From Mesotaenium endlicherianum (lineage: Eukaryota), in contig WELA01001776.1 of the NCBI GenBank assembly GCA_009602735.1, forward strand, positions 143,591-185,069: DNA of 41,479 nt, given 5' to 3'. The position numbers were made by a program, and so were the translations under genes. The notes beneath the pieces were generated by a model, which ran no database searches, was not told the DNA's origin, and saw only the letters and a list, made by a program, of their open reading frames with translations. Numbering within the stretch: the stretch's first letter is position 1; each line of letters begins with the position of its first letter. Below, piece by piece: positions 24,402 to 35,331 of the stretch.

Positions 24402-27400
24402 AGAGTCCCAGGTATTGCCAGCAAAGTCGAGCCAGGCTGACATTGCAGGAGCCCCTCATATCTCCACAAGAAGAGGCCCATGGCACGCCCTTCGTGATTT
24501 CCAGAGCCCCTCCTCAGCTCCTGAAGGAAGCTCACGGCTCTGCTCTCCCTCTCTCACCTGACATAGTGAGGTCGCTCTCTCCGCTTGCGACGGCATCCGC
24601 TCGGATGAGGGGCGCCGTTTGCCTGCAGCACCACGCCGCCAGAGCAGAGCACAGCATAGCACAGCATAGCACAGCAGCAGAGCACTAGCGTCAACACCAG
24701 AGCTCTGACAGCGGATCAGCTATCGTCGTCGGACTGAACTGACGCAACGTCTACTTGGCCATCAGTCGTGCCAAGCCACCTGGCACTTATTGGGGCGGGT
24801 GGGCACGTGCCGCTAGCCCCCCACATGACACGTGAATGTTTGCTTCTCTTGTGCACACGCCGCCTGATCCAGCCAGAAGCTGCACCCTTTGGTCCAGCAA
24901 CCTGCATCTAAATGTCTGTCCATCCAGCAGCCTGTGCCGGCAATGACCCCGAGGTGCCATATCGCTGCAATGAGACACTAGTGCTATGGTGGCAACCTGT
25001 GACGAACATCAGGCGCCACCGATGATTGCGTTCACTGATGAATGTGATCTCGAGCGCACGGATGGCAGGGGCCGTCAGGCAGGAGTGAGCTGCGAGAGAG
25101 CGAGGGATAGAGCCTCAACGTGAGGGGGGGACTCACGCGGTGGTGGGCGTGACGATGACGTCCACGGCCTCCAGCACGTGCAGGTGGTGATGCATGGCCC
25201 TCGCTCTGCTTGCCCATCCACAGCACCAGTTTTCATGCTCAGCACCCAATCGCAATGCACGCGTGCGCGCACATCCACACTCTCACACACGCACAAAAAC
25301 AGGCCCACACGCGCGCGCACAAGCACATCCACGCGCTCGTGGAGCACATCACAGAGGCTGGCGGAAGCTCTTGCCAAGCTTCTTGTCTGCTGGCCCTGTG
25401 GCTTAATTTGACTAAGAAGGTGGTGGATGACTTGAGCAGGATGCTTGACGCTGAAGATCGCAATGCAGACAACAAAAAGTAGCACTAAGGTTTGGGCAGA
25501 CACTTGCAGCAAGAGGAGCTGGTAATGTGAGCTGTTGGGCAACCCCCCTGCAGACCGAGAGGGCCAGCAGGGATAACGTATGAGAAGTTGTCAAAGAATC
25601 TGCGCAGACCGCGGCAAGCGCCATGCAGGACGTGCAGAAGCCATGTGCCTTTATCTGTGCCCCCCTCTTCCCTCACGGGTCTGACAGGCGAGAAGATGGT
25701 TCCCCCCCGCAGCATGGCCACTTTAGCGGTGCAGGGCAGGCGGGCAGGGACAGGGTGAACTCTGCAGTACAGAAGGGGACGGCGAGGGCGAGGGCGAGGG
25801 CGAGGGGCGGGAGGCAGCACCTGAGGCGCTGAGCGGTCACATAGTCCCGCCCTGTGAATGCGCGGAAGATCAGAAAGTTCAGCCGAATATCCCACCCCAT
25901 GTCCTTCAGCCTCCTGCGCAGCCGACTCCACAGAGGCCCACGAGAGGGAGAGAGTTCAGCTTCCCTTCAGGGTACTCGCCTGTACTACAGGTACTTTACC
26001 GCCCCACCTGCCCCCTCCTCTTCCCCCCTTCTTTTTCCTGCAGTTTGTGTCTTCCGATGCACCTGGCCAGCAACTTGACTCCGCCGACTTTTGTAATGCA
26101 AGTAACGCAAGCCACACGCGGCTCCAAGTGTGATCTCCAACCTCGACCATAATGCTCTACAGCACCCAAGAGAGGTCCCAGTAATGTCAAGTCTGGAGAG
26201 AGTGGGAGAGAGCCGTTTGTATTTGGGTGCGGGGGGGCCTACAACTGCTAGCTTGCTACTCATTGCCACCCCCAGGACCAGAGAGGGGCCCATTCATGCC
26301 ACGATCATCCAAACACAGGCCGCTCGTCAATGCAAGCCATCGTGCGCTGCAATCTACATGTGCCCTCGAGAAACATGCGATGAACATGGCATGGAAGGCA
26401 CAGAGAAGGATGCATCGGGCCCAGGTCGAGGATGCGGAGCGGTCGCCACTGACCCGTGCTCGTAGTCCCACTGCACGCCCTGCGCCATCTCGGAACCCAG
26501 GGTGACCACGTGCCCCACTTGCAGCTCCTGCAGCTCCGGGATGTTGATGTCATACACCTGCACGGCCGACACGCACGCCAGCACGAAACATATACAGATC
26601 CCCACACACACGCAAACAGAGGGAAAGAGAAAGAGAGAAGGGGGGGGGAAGGGCGGGAGGGAGGTGGGAGGAGAAGGAGAAAGAGGGAGCAGTAGTGTCA
26701 GCAACGTCCACACCCTGCGCACCAGGGAAAGATCACTCGATGGGCAGGCGGCAACTGTGCCACCATATAACAAAACTAGCTGCCACGCCTGACCGTAGCT
26801 GCAGCTTATTACATTGCCATCTGCTCAGGCGGTGGTGGCAGAGTAATCACAAGCGGCTCTCTTTGTGCATGCATGATACCCTTCTATAGCCCAACGAGAG
26901 CAAGCTTCACGATAGAAAAAGGACGTGAACACTTGCACAAGTGGCCACAGGGTTGCCTCGGCCTACCTGTCAGCGGAATCTGTGGCTACTTTGTGGAAAT
27001 GCTAGGTTTGGCGTGAGCACTAGCAAGAGCGTGGCCTCTCTCCGAGAGACAGAAGGGACGACTACACTTGCCTCGGTGCCAAACTCGTGGGTGAGCTGCT
27101 TCAGGATGCCGCCACACGCCACTCGCACGTCTTTGGCTGAGTCCACAAACCACTGCACGCCCGCACAGCACAGGGGACAAGTGAGCTGAGGTGGCATCTG
27201 ATTGGCGCTACTGGAACATAAAGCCCACGTCAAAGTTGACAGTCCGCAACATCGTCCTGCCGCATCGCAGGTGCTGGTTTTGCATGACAGAGTGAAACTG
27301 ATGAATATTCCAGTCTGCTTGCAGGAAACGAAGAAGCCCCCCAGTGTTGCCATGAGATGCCATGCGCAGCCCCCCCAATCGGCTCGGCAAATTTAAATAT

Positions 27401-30400
27401 TTGTCTTTACCCCAGGTCACTACTTGCTACACCTACATGCAGCAGGCAGCACGGCCGTTAGGCCAGAGAGTTATGCAGAGGGTGAGTGCTCCTTATATCG
27501 TGGCTAACCTAGTCTTAATATAGCCTACTCTCACATGCGCACAACCCTGGGAGAAAGCCAGAACTCGGCATAGAACAGGCTGTGCTGTGTGCGTGGCAGG
27601 ACAACGAGGAGGCTGCCACAAGCAGCACACACCGTGCAGACTAAGCGGGAGAGGAGGAGAGACGGGAGAGGTAATAGAAAGGGAGACTAGAGGGGGAGGA
27701 GGAGGAGCCAGAACAGAGTAAAAGGGCAAGAAGAGAAGAGAGGATATACATGAGAAAAGGAGAGAGGGGAGAGGGAGAGGGGAGAGAGAGGGGGGAGAGG
27801 CAAGTTACCTCTTCAAAGATGCCCAGCTTCACGCTCCCCATGATGGACTCCTTGAACAGAGGGATGGCGGGCGGCAGCTGCACTTCCCGAGAAAAGCACA
27901 ACAACCCAGACTGGCAGTCAGAGTCTCCTCAGAGCCTGCCAAGTGCGCCATCCCTCCCTGCCCAGCCCAACTGGGGCACCCAGGTTCGAAAGTGCTGGAC
28001 ACAGCGGCCTCGCGAGCTGAACTCAACTGCAAACATCAAAGTAGACTATCCTTCTAACATGCACACGCAGCACAAGTTCTCAACGGGGTGTGGGGGCGCT
28101 GGCATTGTGGCGCTGGAGCAGGAGAAAGAGCGCACAAGCGCACTCTGCGCTGAAGGCCCAGCTGCAGGATGCTGACGAAAGAGGGGAAGGGTGAAGGAGC
28201 ATACTGGGGAAGAAACATTGACAGTCTTGGTGTCTGCGCCGAGGATGGCGGCATATCTGCACCCCCCAAGCATAGCCTACCTCCTGGTGAGTCTGCGAGC
28301 ACCTTGCAATGCCCCCAGCTTCCCAGGGCTGAGCTGGGCTGTCGAGACAGCCGTAGCAGCAGCTGTTGCAGCAGCAGCAGGAGCAGCATGGGGATACTAA
28401 ATCTCGAAGAGGAGTGGGGCAGGCCCGCAGCCCAAAGGGCAAGATGTGCCCAGGGGGGACAATGTTTCTGACACGCCCTCCGGGGCATGCAGGGACGGCA
28501 AGAGAGACGAGAGAGGGAGTGCACTCACGCGATGAGCGCGTCTTCAGCGCACGTAGTGATGGGCCCTACCGACCCGAGGCTCCAGGTGAACGGCAAGCAC
28601 CTGCAAGGACCACCCGCTGGCACGTAAACTTTATTTGACTCTCAAAAGCTCATGCCTTACCATAGAAGCCCACCCAATTATTGGGCCACGAGGCGCAAAG
28701 CTAAGAGAGCTTCAGAGGTTGCGCGTAAGTAAGAGGTAGCAAGCCTACGTCAATTTGGGCCTGCTGCAGTCTGCACCATTGACGGTGTCTCATGCGTCTG
28801 GTCAGCTGCTGGGAAGAGGCCGAAATAATCCTGAAACCAATAACACACGTGTGTGGGGATGCATGCCCAGCAAACCACGTGCAGGACTGAAGGGGTACTC
28901 TCCCAGCCTGAGCATCGACTACAGGCTTCCCCCAAAAAAAGGCCGCCAGATACCTCCTCATATGATTAGAGAGCCCCTCTCCAGCCTCCATCCCCTTCCC
29001 CTTCCTCCACCCGCTCCCCCCCNNNNNNNNNNNNNNNNNNNNNNNNNNNNNNNNNNNNNNNNNNNNNNNNNCCACACCCCCACCCGCCCTCCCCCTTTTC
29101 AGACTACACCACGTAACCTCATGTTCAAGCTGATGTTGGACCTCCGTCCATGAGACCAGCATTGCCAGCAGCAGGCCCACCCGCCACCTACTTGCTGGCT
29201 ATCCAGTTATTAGGCATGTTTGCCTCCATCCTGCAACTGATCTTCTGTCGAGCCTACCCTGCATATTAAGGCAAGGGAAGGTCATAATGTGCTCACCTTC
29301 GTACTTGGGATGCAGGTGGCAGAGGGTAGGAGGAGCGGGGGATGGAATGACGGTGTGTGTGTGTGTGTGTGTGTCTATAAGAGAGAAGAGAGAGTGAGAG
29401 ATACGAGAGGAGGAGAGGGAAAGAGAGGCGCTAATGATAACAACTTACCCTGCAGGGTCGACGCGGTTGAACGTGCCCTTGAGGCCGAGCACACCGCATA
29501 GAGAAGCAGGTATGCGGATGGAGCCTGTAATTACCGACACCCCATCACACTTCACAGAGGTGAGTGCTTAGTGCTTGCAAAAGCATTCATAGCCCGGTCA
29601 AAGTCTCTGCCTCAAAAGCTCCCCTCCCATCAGCTTGCTGCATGCTTACTATATCACCTCGTGGTGGCAGACACCTGCCTGTAGGGACAAGGGCTACAAG
29701 GAGAGAGGAGCTCCGGGGTAGGCTTGGAAAAGTGGGTGGATACGGGTGGAGGGTGCAGAATGGTTTTGAGGAAGGGAACAGGGGGGAGAGGGAGGCCATG
29801 AAAGAAACAGGGGAAGAGAAGAACAATCCAGGGGAGGAGGACCAGTAACCTTCATTAATTGCGCACCTAGGTTCCAAGGGTTGTTGACTTGGCAAGCGAG
29901 TAAAAGTTAAGACAAGCAATGCAGCCAGAACTCACAGGCGGAGCAACCTCATTGCACATGACCGATACGTAACAAAGACACAGTTGAAGAAGGCCGCCAG
30001 GGCGAAGAGAGGAACTGACCCCCAGCATCGACACCCAGGGCAATGGGGCAGATGCCAGCTGCCACGACAGCGGCAGAGCCGGACGACGAGCCGCCCGTGT
30101 AGTGGTCGGGGTTGTGTGGGTTCCGTGCAGTGCTGCAGACAGAGAGGGAGGGAGTACAGCACGTGAGCATCTGCCAAGTGCCTGGCCTGGCGGGTTGCCA
30201 CCAACAGCAATGGCCGTTGAGAAGTGGATGCACATGAGACTAGTAATTCACTCTCCAGCTCGACACACACAAGCCCATCTCCCAGTTATATCTCTTCCAG
30301 TTTCAGGCGCCGCATTTGTCACACACACTCGCAGAAAACTCGACAGGTCGACAACTGAGAGCTGAGACCCTCGTGAAGAAACCGGCTAACGGCAAGCAAC

Positions 30401-33400
30401 TGCGCCCCTGGCAAAGAAGTCATTGGCACATTCCCCCCCGTCAAGAAAACGCTCTCCAGAGCCTCGCCATCCCCAAAACAATAACCTTGCTTGCGACACA
30501 AACTTTTCACCCCAAGGAAATCACTTGAGGTATCAGATTCTAGTCCGGGAGTCCAAGAGAAGACCTTATACTTGTATGATGATAATATAATCGCATACTA
30601 TACTTCCACTTGCACTACGGGGGTTTTACTTGGAGAGGGCATCTTAAAACAAAAAAATGATCATGCAGCAAAAGGGCACGAGGTATGTTCCTCGCATGCT
30701 GTCCGCCCGAAACGGTGAAGAGCATCACCCATAGTGCAGATTTGTGCCCAGCACTCCGTTGCCAAGCTCATGCATGTTGGTCTTGCCAATGATGATGGCG
30801 CCACACTCTCTGAGCTTCTTCACGCACTCTGCATCCTGCGTGACCGGCCTCTGAAGTCCCACAAACCTTGACCCACCTGCACCCTTCAAACAAGTTTTCA
30901 CTTAACCTGGTGGTGCTTGTGTACTTGTACCCCCAGGCCATTGGCTCGGGAAGACATCTCCGGCTAGCTTCTGCTTTACTCGGCCTATGGGAGGAAATGA
31001 GCATGCTGAGGCACATGGCGTGCTGCAACAGCTGTACGCACGCATATATGCATATACACATCTTTGGGAAATATGTCCAGAGATAGATGTATATATGTAT
31101 ATATGTATATATATATATCTCTACTTCTATTCGTAGTTATATTCATAGTTATCTTTACACATTTGTGCGTATGACAGTGTTTTCGTTGCTCTTCATGGTC
31201 TGGTAAAGCATATGCATATATCCACCCGTGCAAACCCCGCTCTGCTTTTCACAAGGGGAGTTAAGGTGCAGTAAAATTGGGAAACACACTGGCACAGCGT
31301 ATCGAATTTTGCTGAAGTGTGCGCACCATCAATAATGTCCAATGCTTCATGCACCAGTGCAATAGGCTTAAGACCTCTAAACAGCCCCCATTGCAAGCGG
31401 TTTTCGTAGTGATGAGGCAACGTGTGCATGAGTATATACCTGTGGTCGAGTAAGGGAGGCAGTCAATCTCGTCCTTCACTGCCACTGGCACTCCGTCAAG
31501 GGCAGACAGAGGCTTCCCTGCAACAAAATGCTTGCACTGAAAACTGTCACAACCAGCTCGGATCCCCAACCAGATTGCACATTCCGTGTACCTGCTTCAC
31601 TTGTTACACCGCTGTATGTGCATGCCGAGTCCTCGTGACTTTGTTCATGGATTAAGTGAGCTAAGTGAAATGCCCATGACAATTCCACGAAGATGCCTTC
31701 TTAGCACCATCATCCACTCGTGCACATCCCTTGGCCCTTCCTGATATACAGCTGTAGACAGTGCTCTGCTTCTGGCTTTCATAGACACAACTCTAGTGGA
31801 TGCGGCGGTTCCCAACCAACTGAGCAGGCTGAATCGTAATGACTTCCTGAGCCTTCTTATATTTATTTTTCACCCCCCTCCTTGTTTCAACAGCCATCCT
31901 CCTCCCCCTGACTCCATATTTGTACCAGAGGTTATGTTTAATGAAGTTGGTGAAGTAAATAATATTCTGCTTGATCTTTCATTCTAGAACTTCTACTTTA
32001 GCGCAGTGGGCACAAGAAGGGAAGCCGCTAGAGTGATATAAATTCTCCATAGCTAGTTAAACGTAAGGTCTCCCACCTCGTCGTATATCGATGAAGGAAA
32101 ACCAGCACACTCAAGTTCCAGTTTGCAAAACCGGAAGTAGACACAAATTCCATGTCCTTTTTGAAAGCCTTGGCAATCACCTTCCTCATGACGCTGCGTA
32201 GAATCTGCAGCCTGTTTCCTGATGTCTCGCAGGTCCATGGAGATGAAGAAGTTCATAGTTGGTTTGCGCCTCTTGGCTTCCTCAGCAGCCAGGATGACCC
32301 GCTCCACCAACTACTTGAGAAACTCAGTTAGTGTCCAACAGCACACTCTTCTAGGTCCCAGAGATAGTGCAAGACATCCTGCAAGTGAGGAACTATATGC
32401 GATAAGCATAATAGGGAGTACAGGCACCAACCAGAAAGCAGTGTTGGTACATACTTGGGAAGGGGTCAGGTCCCCAGACTTGTATGCATGAGCATAGTCT
32501 CTGACTCGCCAGTACCGAAAGGCGCCGGAAGAGACAGCGCCAGATGTGCTGGGAACGTGGGCTGGTAGGTTTTCAATAACTCTCTCAACTCGATCCGTAG
32601 GTTTAGCATTTGAATCAAGTTCCTGTATGGCCTTTTCTGGCGGGTAGTCTGCCCAAGAATATATGGCCATTGTCACCACCATGAATATTCCCAATGTCCC
32701 AGAAAAAACCGGACTTAATACATTTTTCGCATCCTCCCATTACAGGCCCAAAAGCCTTTCTATAAAGCGCGCAATTTCATATATTCACCCCTATCAATAT
32801 CTTCAATTGCCAAATTAAACTGCAGTACAGTAACATCTAGAGTGTTTCACAGCTGTAAGTAGCCATGAAGGAGGGTAGCTACCCTTGAGAGCATCATACC
32901 TGGTGCACCATTAAACTGGGGATGTGGCATTGGTGGATCATTGACGTCAACCTCTACCAACACCTGCCATGCAAATAAAAACCATTGAGCTTATGCCTTG
33001 AAGGTGACATTACTACAGCTATCATTGATAGCTGCTGCCAACATGACCAGCATGGTAGCAGTGTTTTCAATCGAATGTAATCATTTATGGTAAACCTTCT
33101 AATTCAAGCCCATTATGTGCTACAGGTTTAAATTTACACTAAGAACCAGTCCAGTATCTATTGACCATTTTTATCAACTACATCAAGAAGGAGAAGTACG
33201 AGAGGGAAAAATAATTGCATTCCGACTCTTGTCTAGATCCACATTGCACCATATGTGGAACAAATATTAAGATAACCGCGTGACTGCAAAAGCTGCAGTT
33301 GCCACACTAGCAACGAGGTGTGATAGAAAGACCCAGGTCCACTACCCATTGACAGTTGTTCCCGCTACAAATGCAGGTATACCTTGTGAAAGCCATTATC

Positions 33401-33794
33401 ATTAAGCATCTTTTGAACCACTGTATTGCGAAATGCACCACTCTCAAGAGCGGAAACGAACCCCTTCAAGGCCATCCCCGCCAATCTAGGAACTGCCCAG
33501 GAACAACCAGCACAGTCACTTCTTTTGTAATGCATCCCAATAATATTGGCTTAGTATTGGCAAGAAGAAGGCCAACGGCTGAGACAGCAGTAGCTCAATC
33601 TAAATTTGGTGTAACTTAGACCGAGCAAGAGAGCACTAACAACTGCATTCAAGAAACTCACCAACGATGCGTTCACAACTATAGTGGCCTACTTCTTCAT
33701 CGACCTCATGCAATGGTCTTAAACTCAGCCTTCTTTTCTCAGCAACATGTGATTTTGCTTCTTCTAGCTCGTCCCTGGTATAAAAAAACGCCAT
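21952..33794 (-). CDS. FAAH: Fatty acid amide hydrolase (amidase-signature family), 623 aa, 20 exons
   Basis: Exons 33794-33662, 33492-33383, 32963-32900, 32648-32455, 32310-32181, 31517-31440, 30876-30729, 30132-30020, 29524-29449, 28600-28529, 28256-28205, 27877-27809, 27152-27072, 26557-26454, 25913-25821, 25205-25137, 24622-24558, 23896-23835, 23072-22977, 22014-21952 total 1872 nt in frame. The Lys-cisSer-Ser triad motifs are present (VAVKDEID, GGSSSGS, GVDAGGSIRIP), as are GKTNMHELG, FRYWRVRDYAHAY and GLPIGLQLIGRPW. Confidence 0.95.
24371..24400. repeat. (GGCA)n tetranucleotide repeat in an FAAH intron
   Basis: About 7 perfect units. Confidence 0.9.
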
Positions 33795-35331
33795 GCTTGA
33801 CGACACTAAGCCGGAATCTGATCACTGATGAAATCAAGAAATATTACTCATGAGTAATTTTCAGCCGGATTCTAGCTCTTCTTTGTCATGCTTCAGACAC
33901 CAACCATCAGGGAGGCACCCTCGAGCGACTTAATTGTGTCACAAATGTTCTGTGCATCAACTACAAAGGCCTCGTGACGCAGCCGCTGGCTGCAATTAAC
34001 AAGAGATGGGCCAGCGGAATGCTCGTCGTCAACGGCGTCAGTAACGTGCAGTAAATAGAAACTTTCAGGCAATGAATCAACGTTATTTTGTCAAGTTAAT
34101 AAAACCTTATCTTCAATAAAATAAACATTGATGTAACTAGATAGACTTTTTTTCTCCAAGTCGAATAAACTTCTGCCCTCAAATTGAAACTGCTCCTGGG
34201 CCTGCCTATATACAGGAGTCAGGACTAGCAGTGTTCAGAAGTTACACGAGTATCACAAGGGCGCCTCCATCGCCGGTGGAGCGCTGAGCAGGTAGTATGC
34301 TTTGGTGCCTTTGGGGGGGGGGGGTTTGATCTGTCTAGAGCGCAGGATTTTTGGGATTGGTTGTTGCGTATCCAGGACGACGAGTTTGGGCAATATGCCA
34401 TGGCCCAGTAGAGGTCGACCTGGGCATCGCCTTTGGCCAGAAGTGATTTTCAGAATCTGTGAGAACAAGTTCAGATCACAACGCCTCATTGTTTGGTCCG
34501 CGTCCTTTCTATATTTGACACGTGTTTACTTCAGATAGTTTCAACTTTTCAGTTGATAAATTCGTGTCGTACGATGTTATCAAATGGAGCTCGAAGTTGC
34601 TTCAAGCCACTCGATTGTGCTAGCTTGCGCTCGATGGCGCTCAATGCAAGCAGCAGACATGTCAGCGCCGGTTGACAGATATCGACTGCTATCGACAGCC
34701 GTAGGCCCAATCCAAGATTTCAGGACTGAAGCTCATGGCGTCATCGACTTGTCATTTCCTCCGTCCTTACTGCTAGCGCGCACAAGCTCATCCTAATTGT
34801 GAGGGCGGGAACATTTTTTAAAATGTGGTTGGATGGCGAAGCATGTAAAGCAATGTTGAGCATGCATATCACAGCTTCGATTTGAAAGTCGTCGTCCAGC
34901 TTGACTATAGAGCTTTATCAACCTAGATCAGGAACATGCACTTATCAATCACGTTAGATCACAAATTGGTATACTTCCTAACTGCCTAGCAATTCCTGTA
35001 AGCGAAGCGGCTTCTTGATGTAGTAAGCTTCAGTGTAATACAGTCTAGAGAGCACCAGACATCTGTTAGCGTATTTACGATGGGTAAATGACAAAACTAC
35101 ATGTGCTGTAGCTGCTGGCTGCTGCAAAAGCATGCATTGTGGAATCTATGGCTTGCGATGTTGACGTACTACACTCCTTCCGGCCACGTACCACCTGTGT
35201 TGACCGGCTTGCCGCCTCAATGTAACCTAACGATTATCCAGTTAAGATGTTGTTAGCACTGACTGTGCCCTATGGTTGACAAACAACACCTTTCACCCCA
35301 TTTCCGTGCCGTTTTATCTCATGCAGAAGAT

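Noticed and set aside
34328..34375. GATCTGTCTAG upstream of the FLASH-like gene as a U7 snRNA Sm site
   Set aside because: Only 9 of 11 positions match AAUUUGUCUAG, the downstream stem is weak, and the upstream sequence is a G-run rather than a pyrimidine-rich guide. There is also no reason to expect linkage to FLASH.
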